From contig CAYIOP010000004.1 of the NCBI GenBank assembly GCA_964365185.1, forward strand, positions 1 to 56,456: a DNA stretch of 56,456 nt. The letters are read 5' to 3'. The notes below the pieces were generated by a model that worked only from the letters and a program-made list of their open reading frames with translations, was not told where the DNA came from and made no database searches. This stretch comes from an uncultured Candidatus Saccharibacteria bacterium. Its GTDB lineage: Bacteria; Patescibacteriota; Minisyncoccia; UBA6257; 2-01-FULL-56-20. This document shows positions 1 through 9,396 of this stretch, one piece after another. The stretch's first letter is position 1. Each line of letters opens with the position of its first letter. The position numbers were made by a program, and so were the translations under genes.

Positions 1-1
1 A

Positions 2-3000
2 ATTAAATTAATTGATGGCCGCACTGGCCGTCCTTTTGATCGTCCCGTAACTGTCGGTTATATCTACATGATGAAGTTAAACCATCTAGTTGAAGACAAG
101 GTTCACGTCCGATCGATTGGTCCTTATTCGCTTATCACCCAGCAACCCCTAGGCGGTAAAGCTCAATTTGGAGGTCAGCGTTTTGGGGAGATGGAGGTCT
201 GGGCTCTTGAGGGTTATGGCGCCCGCCACACCCTTCAGGAAATGTTGACTATAAAATCCGATGACATCCTCGGCCGTTCATCGGCTTATGAATCAATAAT
301 CCGGGGAGAAAAAATCAAAAAACCTAACATTCCGGCTTCTTTTAATGTTTTACTTGCGGAACTCAAATCGCTAGGTTTTAATATTGAGCCCCTCTATGAT
401 TCCAATGAAAAAAACGATGCGTTTAAGGCTCTTAAAATTAATGTGGCCTCGCCTCAAGATATTTTAAGATGGTCTCACGGAGAAGTAGTTAAGCCCGAGA
501 CCATTAATTACCGCACTCAGCGCCCTGAAAAGGATGGTCTTTTTTCTGAGAGAATTTTTGGTCCCACTAAGGATTATGAGTGTTACTGCGGTAAATATCG
601 GCGTATTCGTTATAAAAATGTTGTTTGCGATAAATGCGGCGTCGAAGTCACCCGTTCCATTGTTCGCCGCGAACGCATGGGGCATATTGAGTTATCCACT
701 CCGGTTTGTCATATTTGGTTCTTAAAAAGCGTTCCGTCGAGGTTAAGTCTAATTTTAAATACCTCCTCTTCTAAACTAGAACGAGTTATTTATTATTCAG
801 CTTATATTGTCACCGACGTTGACGAGACCGCTCGAAAACAGGCCCTTGAAGAATTAGACAGGGAACTTAAAAGCAAACTTAAAATTGTCGGCGCCAAAGA
901 TCCTAAAGTTAAAAAAGATTTAGTTGGAGCCGCCAGTCAAACTCGAGAATTTTTAAATAATCTTAGGGCTGGAGATATTTTAAGTGAATTGGAATATTTC
1001 AATATTTCCCGCCGCTTCGGCAATGTTTTTCGAGCTGGCAGCGGCGCCGAAGCTGTTCGCTCTATCTTAGAAAAAATTGATCTTAGAAAAGACGTTCAAA
1101 AAATAGAAAAAGAAATTAATTCTCCCGGGAAAAAACAGGTTGATTTAAGGCAGTACCGCCGCCTTAAAATGCTCAAGGCCATGATAAAAAACAACACTCG
1201 GCCGGAGTGGATGATTATCACCGTCTTGCCTGTGCTGCCTCCCGACCTAAGGCCAATGGTGGCTTTAGATGGCGGCCGTTACGCCACTTCAGATTTAAAT
1301 GATCTTTATCGCCGAGTCATCAACCGCAATAATCGTTTGAAAAAACTGCTCGAGATTAAAGCGCCAGATGTTATCGTCAAAAACGAGAAACGCATGCTCC
1401 AAGAAGCGGTAGATGCGCTCATTGATAACTCCGCTCGCTTTGGCACTCAACAACTTTCCACTCAACGCCGTCCGCTTCGATCTCTCGCGGATATGTTAAA
1501 AGGTAAACAAGGTCGGTTTAGGCAAAATCTTTTGGGCAAAAGAGTTGATTATTCTGGCCGTTCGGTTATTGTCGTGGGTCCAAAATTAAAAATTAATGAA
1601 TGTGGTTTGCCTAAAAAAATGGCTCTTGAATTATTCCGTCCTTTTGTTATTAGTGAAATTATCAAACGGGGCTTAGCTAATAATATCCGGAGCGCCAACC
1701 GGATTCTTGAGCAAACCAGCGACGAAATTTGGGCTATTCTTGAAGAAATTATTAAAGATCGCTATGTCTTATTAAATCGCGCTCCCACTCTCCATCGTTT
1801 AAGCGTTCAGGCCTTTAAACCCATTCTCGTTGAGGGCTTAGCTATTCAGATCCCTCCTTTAATTTGTATGGCTTTTAACGCCGATTTCGACGGCGACCAG
1901 ATGGCGGTTCATTTACCTCTCTCCGAAGAGGCCCAATTGGAGTCCAAAACCATCATGTCGGCTAACCGCAATCTTTTAAAACCCGCTACCGGAGACCTGA
2001 TTACTATTCCTACTCAAGATGTGGTTTTGGGCATTTATTACCTCACTCAACTTGATCAGAGTTTTTCTGGACCGGCTAAACATTTTATTGACGCCGAAGA
2101 TGCCCTCTTGGCTTATAATTACAGTATTATTAATTTAAGGCAGCCGATTAAAATAGGATTCTCTGATGCAATTCTCGAAACAACTGTGGGGCGATTAATC
2201 TTCAATCAGATTTTTCAAGGGGAAATCGCTTTTATCAATAAAACTTTAAATAAGAAAGAACTTTCCAAGATTCTAGATGAATACGTCGAGAATTACGGTT
2301 TTGAAAAAACTGGCGATATTTTGGACAAAATTAAACTGTTGGGTTTTGAAAGGTCAACCCGGTCAGGGATTACTTGGGCTACTTCTGATTTAATTATTCC
2401 CAAAGAGAAGCCCCAAATCTTAAAAGAAGCTGAAGTTAAAGTTGACGAAGTTTACAGCCAGTTTTTTAGCGGTCTTTTAACTAATGAAGAGCGGCGCATT
2501 CGAATTATTAATGCTTGGGAAGAAGCCAAGAAAAAGATTTCAGAATTGGTTCTGAAAGTCCTGCCACCCAATAATTCTATTTATCAAATTATCGATTCAG
2601 GGTCGCGTGGTTCTTGGATCCAGCCCATTCAAATGATGGGCATGAAAGGTTTAGTTCAAAATTCTCAAGGCGCAACCATTGAATTGCCCATCAAATCTTC
2701 CCTCAAAGAAGGGCTTTCGGTTCTCGAATATTTCATCTCAACTCATGGTGCCAGAAAAGGCACAACTGACACTGCGCTTAAAACCGCTCAAGCCGGTTAT
2801 CTTACTCGACGGCTAGTTGATGTTTCTCAAGATATCTTCACTAAAGAAGAAGATTGTCGCACCACCGAAGGTATTGAAATCGTTCGGGTTGATGGCCAGA
2901 AAATCAATCAATCTTTTACCAGCCGGATTTTTTCCAGAACTTCTCTCGAGGAAATTAAGATTGGCCGCAAAATTATCATTAAGCCCAATGAAATCATCAA

Positions 3001-4063
3001 CAAAGTTAACGCCGAATTAATTGATAAATCAGAAATTGCCTCAGTTAGAGTTCGTTCGCCGATTACCTGCAAAACTCTATACGGCATTTGTAATCGATGT
3101 TACGGTTTTAATTTAGGAGATAATCGGCCCATTAAAATCGGGGAAGCGGTCGGCGTTGTCGCCGCTCAATCCATCGGCGAGCCCGGCACGCAGCTTACCA
3201 TGCGTACTTTCCACTCTGGCGGTGTTGCCGGAGTCGACATCACTCATGGTCTGCCCAGAATCGAAGAAATTTTTGAAGCTCGTCCGCCTAAAGGTAAGGC
3301 TATTTTGGCTTATGAGGACGGAGTTGTTCAAAACATCGAAGAAAGGGGAACCCTCCGCGTTCTTTCTTTATCTACCGACAAAAAGAAAGCCACCTCTTCC
3401 AAAAAAACTTCCAAAGCCGCCAAATTTGCCGAATACTCTATTTCGAGTTCATCTTCATTTTTGGTTAAGATTGGCGATAGCGTTAAGAAGGGAGATCAAA
3501 TTTCAAACGGCAACCTCGACCTAAAAGAACTGCTGGAATTTAGAGGTAAGCACGAGGTTGAGAAATATATCGTGAGCGAAGTTCAGAAAATTTATTTCTC
3601 CGAAGGCGCTTCTATTAACAATAAACATATCGAAGTTATCGTAAAACAAATGTTCTCTCGGGTTAAAATTAAAGACGCGGGCGACGCTCCCGATCTGGTT
3701 ATCGGTGAAATTATTGAAAAACCAAAATTTCTGGAAATTAATCGCGAACTAAAAAAACAAAATCACGAACCCGCTAAGGCCGAGCAACTTTTAATGGGCA
3801 TTACTCAAGTGGCTCTCTCTACCGAAAGTTTCTTGTCGTCCGCTTCCTTCCAAGACACCGCTCGAGTTTTGGTTAGGTCGGCCATTGAGTCCCGTATCGA
3901 TCCTCTTCGGGGCCTCAAGGAAAACGTTATTATTGGTCGCCTTATTCCTACCGCCCACTCAAAAGAAGTTGAGGCATTAGCCAATCGAGTAGCGGCAGAA
4001 TCACCAGAAGAAGAAAAAACCCTAGAGGTCGCCACGCTTGACGAATCCGCCAAAGTCAGCTAA
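2..4063 (+). CDS. rpoC: RNA polymerase beta subunit C-terminal end (5' partial, open to the window edge) fused in frame to a full-length beta-prime subunit
   Basis: Frame 2 is open from nt 2. The first ~110 aa are the RpoB C-terminus ([75 protein letters not shown]). It runs without a stop into the RpoC N-terminus ([24 protein letters not shown], Zn motif [30 protein letters not shown]). Confidence 0.92.
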   Translation: MKLIDGRTGRPFDRPVTVGYIYMMKLNHLVEDKVHVRSIGPYSLITQQPLGGKAQFGGQRFGEMEVWALEGYGARHTLQEMLTIKSDDILGRSSAYESIIRGEKIKKPNIPASFNVLLAELKSLGFNIEPLYDSNEKNDAFKALKINVASPQDILRWSHGEVVKPETINYRTQRPEKDGLFSERIFGPTKDYECYCGKYRRIRYKNVVCDKCGVEVTRSIVRRERMGHIELSTPVCHIWFLKSVPSRLSLILNTSSSKLERVIYYSAYIVTDVDETARKQALEELDRELKSKLKIVGAKDPKVKKDLVGAASQTREFLNNLRAGDILSELEYFNISRRFGNVFRAGSGAEAVRSILEKIDLRKDVQKIEKEINSPGKKQVDLRQYRRLKMLKAMIKNNTRPEWMIITVLPVLPPDLRPMVALDGGRYATSDLNDLYRRVINRNNRLKKLLEIKAPDVIVKNEKRMLQEAVDALIDNSARFGTQQLSTQRRPLRSLADMLKGKQGRFRQNLLGKRVDYSGRSVIVVGPKLKINECGLPKKMALELFRPFVISEIIKRGLANNIRSANRILEQTSDEIWAILEEIIKDRYVLLNRAPTLHRLSVQAFKPILVEGLAIQIPPLICMAFNADFDGDQMAVHLPLSEEAQLESKTIMSANRNLLKPATGDLITIPTQDVVLGIYYLTQLDQSFSGPAKHFIDAEDALLAYNYSIINLRQPIKIGFSDAILETTVGRLIFNQIFQGEIAFINKTLNKKELSKILDEYVENYGFEKTGDILDKIKLLGFERSTRSGITWATSDLIIPKEKPQILKEAEVKVDEVYSQFFSGLLTNEERRIRIINAWEEAKKKISELVLKVLPPNNSIYQIIDSGSRGSWIQPIQMMGMKGLVQNSQGATIELPIKSSLKEGLSVLEYFISTHGARKGTTDTALKTAQAGYLTRRLVDVSQDIFTKEEDCRTTEGIEIVRVDGQKINQSFTSRIFSRTSLEEIKIGRKIIIKPNEIINKVNAELIDKSEIASVRVRSPITCKTLYGICNRCYGFNLGDNRPIKIGEAVGVVAAQSIGEPGTQLTMRTFHSGGVAGVDITHGLPRIEEIFEARPPKGKAILAYEDGVVQNIEERGTLRVLSLSTDKKKATSSKKTSKAAKFAEYSISSSSSFLVKIGDSVKKGDQISNGNLDLKELLEFRGKHEVEKYIVSEVQKIYFSEGASINNKHIEVIVKQMFSRVKIKDAGDAPDLVIGEIIEKPKFLEINRELKKQNHEPAKAEQLLMGITQVALSTESFLSSASFQDTARVLVRSAIESRIDPLRGLKENVIIGRLIPTAHSKEVEALANRVAAESPEEEKTLEVATLDESAKVS

Positions 4064-4091
4064 ACATACAAAGTAATTTCTAATTATAATC

Positions 4092-4520
4092 ATGGAATCA
4101 AAAGAAGATTTTTCTAAAAAAGAGTACGAAATCTCCTTTCTCTTAAAAAACGAGAATTCGGGAAAAGATATTCTTGACTCTTTAAAACGCAATCAATTCG
4201 AAGTTATTCTCGATAATCCGGTCAAAAAAATAACCTTAGCTTATAAAATCAAAAAAGAAGACCAGGCCTATTTTGGGTTCATTCATTTTGGCGGGGATCC
4301 TGCTAATCTCAGTCATGTAAACGAAGAATTCAAAAACAAAGCTGAAGTGTTGAGATTTCTAATTATCACGCCGCCTTTCACTAAACCGAAAGTTAGTTTG
4401 CAAAGTCGTCCCACCGCCACTAAAATTTCCCGAGAGAAATCCATTCCCGCCGAGGTTAAATCCAATTTACCCTTAAGTAACGAGGATATCGAAAAAAAGA
4501 TCGAGGAAATATTAAAATAA
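4092..4520 (+). CDS. rpsF: 30S ribosomal protein S6 with a C-terminal extension
   Basis: S6-like pattern (YEISFLL...ITLAYKIKKEDQAYFGFIHF...VLRFLII) and position directly upstream of ssb. Confidence 0.7.
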   Translation: MESKEDFSKKEYEISFLLKNENSGKDILDSLKRNQFEVILDNPVKKITLAYKIKKEDQAYFGFIHFGGDPANLSHVNEEFKNKAEVLRFLIITPPFTKPKVSLQSRPTATKISREKSIPAEVKSNLPLSNEDIEKKIEEILK

Positions 4521-4557
4521 TCCCTCACTCTTTTTTGAAACATTATTAATTGTTAAA

Positions 4558-5037
4558 ATGAACCTAAACAAAGTTTTTATCATCGGCCGATTAACCGCCG
4601 ACCTTCAACTTAAAACCACGCCCAGTGGCCAGTCGGTTTCAAGTTTCAGTGTTGCCACCAATCGAGTTTGGAATGATAAATCCGGCGCCAAGCAAGAAAG
4701 CACCGAGTTTCACAATGTGGTGGTTTGGGGTAAGCAGGCCGAAGTGGCCAGTCAATTTTTAACTAAAGGCAGTTTGGTTATGATTGAGGGCCATCTTCAA
4801 ACTCGTTCTTGGACCGATAAACAAAGTCAAACAAGAAAAACCACCGAGATTGTCTGTGAGCGCATTCAATTTGGGCCTAGGTCTAGCGGGGGAGGCAATA
4901 GGGCTGATTCATCTTTTTCTAAACCCACCAATCCTTCCCAAAATCCAAATATCGATGTTCCTCCCCAAGAAGATATTCCAGTAATCGATCTTGAGGGCGA
5001 CAAAGAAGACATCAAACCCGAAGACATCCCATTTTAG
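4558..5037 (+). CDS. ssb: single-stranded DNA-binding protein
   Basis: OB-fold motifs ([39 protein letters not shown]), a Gly/Pro-rich tail and an acidic C-terminal tip (EDIPF). Confidence 0.9.
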   Translation: MNLNKVFIIGRLTADLQLKTTPSGQSVSSFSVATNRVWNDKSGAKQESTEFHNVVVWGKQAEVASQFLTKGSLVMIEGHLQTRSWTDKQSQTRKTTEIVCERIQFGPRSSGGGNRADSSFSKPTNPSQNPNIDVPPQEDIPVIDLEGDKEDIKPEDIPF

Positions 5038-5050
5038 ATATTTGTTAATC

Positions 5051-5476
5051 ATGGCCAAAAAAATAAAAACAATTTTAAAAATTCAATTAGAGGCAGGCAA
5101 AGCCAATCCTGCGCCTCCAGTTGGGACGGCTTTGGGTCCGCATGGCATTAACTTGCAGGAATTCTGTAAGCAGTTTAACGATGCCACCAAAGATATGACC
5201 GGCGATGTGGTGCCGGCTGAAATTACTATTTATGAAGATAGAAGTTTTAGTTTTGTTTTAAAAACTCCTCCTGCCTCGGACTTGCTTAAAAAAGCCGCGG
5301 GCATTGAAAAAGGTTCCGGCACTACTCCTAAAAGTAAAGCCGGCAAGGTCACCCGTGCCGACATCAAAAGAATCGCCGAGCGCAAGATGCCCGACTTAAA
5401 TGCCCACACTCTCGAAGCCGCTGAAAAGATTATTGAAGGCACAGCCAGAAGTATGGGAATCGACGTAGTCAATTAA
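5051..5476 (+). CDS. rplK: 50S ribosomal protein L11
   Basis: [44 protein letters not shown] use the ATG at 5051 rather than the longer ORF start at 4991. Confidence 0.95.
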   Translation: MAKKIKTILKIQLEAGKANPAPPVGTALGPHGINLQEFCKQFNDATKDMTGDVVPAEITIYEDRSFSFVLKTPPASDLLKKAAGIEKGSGTTPKSKAGKVTRADIKRIAERKMPDLNAHTLEAAEKIIEGTARSMGIDVVN

Positions 5477-5531
5477 CCCATACTCCTCGGAAAGGGCGAT
5501 GGGAAAACTTCCGTTAGTTAGTTATCTCAAC

Positions 5532-5553
5532 ATAGCCATTCGTGGCTATTTTT
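5532..5553 (+). terminator. intrinsic terminator after rplK
   Basis: ATAGCCA-TTCG-TGGCTAT hairpin followed by a T-run. Confidence 0.6.
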
Positions 5554-5569
5554 GTTATCCTAGAATTTC

Positions 5570-5701
5570 TACCCCGTAGGAAATAGCGAAAAAATTCCTA
5601 AATATTTTTGAGCTGTATAATCTATATAAGCATTGAGTAAAGCAAAATAATAAAAAAGTCGTTTGTGAATTAACAAAAAATATTTAATTTCCTACGGGGT
5701 A
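5570..5701. repeat. 15-bp perfect inverted repeat pair (TACCCCGTAGGAAAT / ATTTCCTACGGGGTA) bracketing 102 bp
   Basis: Arms at 5570-5584 and 5687-5701. The right arm ends 5 nt before the tmk ATG. A TATAAT (5616-5621) lies inside. Confidence 0.7.
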
Positions 5702-5705
5702 TATT

Positions 5706-6302
5706 ATGGCCACAGGTAAATTCATTGTTTTTGAAGGTCCGGATGGTTCCGGACAAACCACTCAAGTCAATTTATTAAAAGAAGCTCTTGAGAAAAAAGG
5801 ATTAGACGTCGTAGCCACCAAAGAACCTACCGAAAATAGTCCTGTCAGTCGCAAAATTCATTCAATTTTAAAACACGAAATTGAATCATCTCCCCAGAAA
5901 CTCCAAGAACTTTTTGTTGAAGATAGACGTCATCATGTTCAAAACTTCATTCTACCTAATCTCGAAAAATCAAAAATTGTCATTTCAGATCGCTATTTTT
6001 TATCCACTCTGGCCTACGGCTCTTTAAGCTGCGACTTGGGCTGGCTCACTACTCTTAACCAGAATTTTCCTAATCCCAATATCACTTTTATTCTGGATGT
6101 TAATCCCGAAATTTGTATAGAGCGAATCATCAAAAGAGGTAAAGCCGCTCAATTCTTTGAAACCAAAAAGAAACTAACTCGAATTATGGAAAATTACCGC
6201 AATCTTGCGCCGAAATTTAAAAATACGCGTCTTATAAATGGCGAAGGGTCTATCAAAGAAGTTCATCAAAAAATTGTTGAGATAGTATCAAAAATCCTCT
6301 AA
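5706..6302 (+). CDS. tmk: thymidylate (dTMP) kinase
   Basis: P-loop FEGPDGSGQTTQ and the DRY motif (ISDRYFLSTLAYG). Confidence 0.9.
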   Translation: MATGKFIVFEGPDGSGQTTQVNLLKEALEKKGLDVVATKEPTENSPVSRKIHSILKHEIESSPQKLQELFVEDRRHHVQNFILPNLEKSKIVISDRYFLSTLAYGSLSCDLGWLTTLNQNFPNPNITFILDVNPEICIERIIKRGKAAQFFETKKKLTRIMENYRNLAPKFKNTRLINGEGSIKEVHQKIVEIVSKIL

Positions 6303-6360
6303 AATCATTATAAAGAATTTTTAACTTTACGATTTTCGTTTTGCGCCTTAAATTTCGCCT

Positions 6361-7809
6361 ATGCCCAACTACACCCCCACTATTGGTTTAGAAATCCATA
6401 CTGAACTTAAGACCAAAACTAAGATGTTTTGTGATTCTCCCAATAATCCCGAAGAGCATCACCCCAATGTGAATGTGTGTCCGGTTTGCTTGGGCCACCC
6501 TGGCGCTCTGCCGACAATAAATAAAGAAGCTGTCGAGTTTGTTATTAAAACTGGTTTAGCCCTCGGTGGAGAAATTAATCCCGAAACTAAATTTGACCGT
6601 AAAAATTATTTCTACCCCGATCTTCCCAAGGGTTATCAAATTTCTCAATACGATAAACCTCTAATTTTGGGCGGTACTCTAAATGGCATCACTCTTCGCC
6701 GCATTCATTTAGAAGAAGACACCGGTCGCCTGCTTCATTCGTCACGAGTTATAAGTCATCAGTCGCCAGTTAGTTATGTCGACTTCAACCGCGCTGGCGT
6801 ACCCTTGATGGAGTTGGTGACCGAACCCGAAATAAAATCTGGCGAAGAAGCGGCAAAATTCGCCAAAGAATTCCAGTTGATTTTACGTTACTTAGATATT
6901 TCAACCGCGGATATGGAAAAAGGTCAGATGAGAGTTGAGGTGAATATATCTTTAGGCAAATGGACAAAAGGCGTTTGGAAGCAGGGGACTAAAGTGGAAA
7001 TCAAAAATCTAAATTCCTTCCGAGCTGTTGCCGAATCGATTGATTATGAAATTAAGCGCCAGGCCGAAGTGATGAAGCATAGCAAAGTGCATCAAGAAAC
7101 CCGTGGCTGGGATGACGCCAAAAAAGAAACCACTTCGCAACGTTCCAAAGAAGAAGCTCACGACTACCGCTATTTTCCCGAGCCAGATTTACCGCCTTTT
7201 GAAACCGCCTCTTTTAATCTGGATGATTTAAAATCATCTATTCTCGAATTACCCAAAGAGAAAAGAGAACGCTTTAAAAAAGAGTTTCAGTTAAACGAAA
7301 GCCAGGCCGAAGTTTTAATCGCTGATAAAAAACTTTCCGATTTTTTTGAGTCCGCTGTCTCCGAACTAAAAGTCAAAAATCCTGCCGCCAACATCCAAAT
7401 GCTTTTCAACTATCTAACCAGCGACCTTGTTGGGCTACTAAACGAGACTAGTACCCCTTTTGAAGAAATTAAGGTCTCGCCCGAAGAGCTGGCTCATTTG
7501 GTCGCGTTAATTGAACAAGGCAAAATCTTAAGCCGTGGCGCCAAAGACATTTTACGCAAGATGTTTGAAACCGGCGAAGACCCAGAAACCATTCTTGAGT
7601 CCGAAGGCCTACATTTGGTTTCCGATGAAAAAGAAATCGAAAAAATTATCCAAGCAGTCATCGTCGAAAACGAAAAAGCTGTCGCCGACTACAAAGGTGG
7701 CAAAGAAGCCAGCTTAAAATTTTTAATCGGCCAAGCTATGGGGAAGTTGAGAGGGAAGGGGAATCCGGAAGTCCTAAAAGAGCTTTTTCTGAAGCACTTG
7801 ACAAAGTAG
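6361..7809 (+). CDS. gatB: Asp/Glu-tRNA(Asn/Gln) amidotransferase subunit B
   Basis: PTIGLEIHTEL, VCPVCLGHPGALP, FDRKNYFYPDLPKGYQISQ, and a C-terminal YqeY-like tail. Confidence 0.95.
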   Translation: MPNYTPTIGLEIHTELKTKTKMFCDSPNNPEEHHPNVNVCPVCLGHPGALPTINKEAVEFVIKTGLALGGEINPETKFDRKNYFYPDLPKGYQISQYDKPLILGGTLNGITLRRIHLEEDTGRLLHSSRVISHQSPVSYVDFNRAGVPLMELVTEPEIKSGEEAAKFAKEFQLILRYLDISTADMEKGQMRVEVNISLGKWTKGVWKQGTKVEIKNLNSFRAVAESIDYEIKRQAEVMKHSKVHQETRGWDDAKKETTSQRSKEEAHDYRYFPEPDLPPFETASFNLDDLKSSILELPKEKRERFKKEFQLNESQAEVLIADKKLSDFFESAVSELKVKNPAANIQMLFNYLTSDLVGLLNETSTPFEEIKVSPEELAHLVALIEQGKILSRGAKDILRKMFETGEDPETILESEGLHLVSDEKEIEKIIQAVIVENEKAVADYKGGKEASLKFLIGQAMGKLRGKGNPEVLKELFLKHLTK

Positions 7810-7863
7810 ATAAATGTGCCATAATAGAAAAAGAATAAAGGAAATCTTTGCCAAGGAGGCAAA

Positions 7864-7938
7864 ATGACTTATTACGTGGTTAATGGCGTCGTCATCACGG
7901 ATCGCGAAAGTGCCATCATCATCCGTAACGAAAAGTAA
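7864..7938 (+). CDS. 24-codon mini-ORF (MTYYVVNGVVITDRESAIIIRNEK); coding status uncertain
   Basis: AAGGAGG (7853-7859) lies just upstream of the ATG. The SD lies in and around a small hairpin (TTTGCC..GGCAAA). The ORF is followed by a stack of hairpins. Confidence 0.25.
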   Translation: MTYYVVNGVVITDRESAIIIRNEK

Positions 7939-8166
7939 TGCGGGTGAAAAAAATCGGGGAAGAAATCTATCTTCCCCGCCTATCAGAGTAGCTGAATTTG
8001 TTGTAATCCCTCGATAAGCTCGGGATCTCGTTACACTCGGCTTTTCTGATAGGACTTTTAAACAAGTCCCTCTTGCACTCTTGAAAATTTAATTAAGCAG
8101 TTCACCTAAAACCAAAAACCCGCGACAAGTTTTTATAAACAGGTCGCAAACAGAAAGGAACAAGTC

Positions 8167-8790
8167 ATGTCTGACAGGTTCACATTTAATAGTGCTGGTC
8201 AGGTTCACGAGCTCGAAATGGCGATGGATCGAGCCGGCGACTGGAGCGCCGCATTAGTGAAGCGGTTGTGCGAAGAGGACCGCTTGACTAAGGTCCGGGA
8301 CTATCTCCTCGGTCTAGCCGAAATCAGATATCCCGAACACATCATCGACTGCGACGCCGTCCCATTTGTTCCGAAAAATTGGGAAGTGGAGCATCACCAG
8401 AAGGGCGGGCAATTTAAGTTCGATCCCACCAAGGTGTTGTTCTACTTATCTGAATCGCAGAGTAGCGGTGGGGTTATAAAGGGACATGAACTTCGCAAGG
8501 AGATGGCTGATAAGCCGGTTCTAAACGCGAATGTCCTTGATTACCTCATTGTTAATCCACACCTCATTCCCGAGGAATGGAAGTTAGACGAGCAGGGCCG
8601 CACTCGTTACATCTTTTTCTGGGGTACAATTTACCGCGACTCGGACGGCGACCTGTATGTGCGCTATCTGTCTTTCGAGGACAGTGGCTGGGACTGGGGC
8701 TACCGCTGGCTTGACGGCGGTTGGCGCGGCGCGAGCCCCGCGGCTCTTCTCGCAAGTATCCCCGCCGGAGCGCAAGCGCAGGCGGGTTGA
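8167..8790 (+). CDS. DGR target protein (hypothetical, 207 aa) with a C-terminal variable region
   Basis: Clearly more G+C-rich than its neighbours. The C-terminus (SDGDLYVRYLSFEDSGWDWGYRWLDGGWRGASPAALLAS) is the variable copy of the downstream template repeat. Confidence 0.85.
   Translation: MSDRFTFNSAGQVHELEMAMDRAGDWSAALVKRLCEEDRLTKVRDYLLGLAEIRYPEHIIDCDAVPFVPKNWEVEHHQKGGQFKFDPTKVLFYLSESQSSGGVIKGHELRKEMADKPVLNANVLDYLIVNPHLIPEEWKLDEQGRTRYIFFWGTIYRDSDGDLYVRYLSFEDSGWDWGYRWLDGGWRGASPAALLASIPAGAQAQAG
8631..8757 (+). repeat. DGR variable repeat (VR)
   Basis: 127-nt match to 9148-9274 (offset 517). It differs only where the other copy has adenine. Confidence 0.85.
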
Positions 8791-8810
8791 ACCTTAACTC
8801 TTTGACACTT

Positions 8811-8838
8811 CCGCTTGGGAATTAAAATTCCCAAGCGG
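8811..8838. other. perfect 12-bp hairpin downstream of the VR
   Basis: CCGCTTGGGAAT-TAAA-ATTCCCAAGCGG. A GC-rich imperfect palindrome also lies at 8761-8786, directly after the VR. Confidence 0.6.
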
Positions 8839-8882
8839 AGAGAACTTTATAGCTTTTGTTTAAAATTTTGATCCCTATATTT

Positions 8883-8915
8883 ATCCGCGCTCAAATTCTT
8901 GGCGCGGATTTTTTT
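8883..8915 (+). terminator. intrinsic terminator of the target gene
   Basis: ATCCGCGC..GCGCGGAT stem followed by TTTTTTT. Confidence 0.6.
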
Positions 8916-8923
8916 GATATAAT
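8915..8923 (+). promoter_or_regulatory. extended -10 promoter element (TGATATAAT) upstream of the TR
   Basis: TGnTATAAT match immediately after the terminator, about 225 nt upstream of the TR. Confidence 0.4.
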
Positions 8924-9147
8924 AAAAACGGCAGTAGGTGAATATGCGGGCGGCTACGGTTTCCCGCTACCGAACCCGGGTTCTTGTCTCGAGAGCATCT
9001 CCGGTTACGGCTTGAGATGGAATGGGACAGGAATATCCGAAAAAAGTGAAGATACTTGGTGTAGGATGCTAGGGCATTTTAGATGCCGAATAAGATACAG
9101 CCCAGAGAATATTCAATGGGCAGTGGCGCGGATGGCATTTTACACAG

Positions 9148-9274
9148 AAACCGCGACTCGAACGGCAACCTGTATGTGCGCTATCTGTATTTCAAGGACA
9201 GTGGCTGGAACTGGAGCTACAACTGGCTTAACAACGATTGGCGCGGCGCGAGCCCCGCGGCTCTTCTCGCAAAT
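9148..9274 (+). repeat. DGR template repeat (TR), non-coding
   Basis: Adenine-rich copy with six in-frame-equivalent AAC triplets. All VR differences map to its adenines. The ORFs predicted across it (8856-9302, 9083-9364) are not credible. Confidence 0.85.
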
Positions 9275-9284
9275 CACTTCACTT

Positions 9285-9320
9285 CTCCCTCAAATAATCT
9301 GAGGGAGTTTTATTTTTTTT
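9285..9320 (+). terminator. intrinsic terminator immediately 3' of the TR
   Basis: CTCCCTCA-AATAATC-TGAGGGAG stem-loop followed by TTTTATTTTTTTT. Confidence 0.65.
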
Positions 9321-9360
9321 CACATCAAACTTGCTTCAATCAAGCTCAACCCCAAAGTGA

Positions 9361-9396
9361 TTAACATTATATCCGCTTAAGCGGATATAATGTTAA
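9361..9396. repeat. 36-nt perfect palindrome overlapping the miaA stop codon
   Basis: TTAACATTATATCCGCTT|AAGCGGATATAATGTTAA. Confidence 0.7.

Noticed and set aside
8856-9364. Predicted ORFs 8856-9302 (148 aa) and 9083-9364 (93 aa) downstream of the DGR target. I considered them as a possible Avd or a second target gene.
   Set aside because: They run across a terminator/promoter junction and the template repeat. Their similarity to the target C-terminus is simply the TR read in frame. They lack an SD and show no Avd-like four-helix-bundle character.
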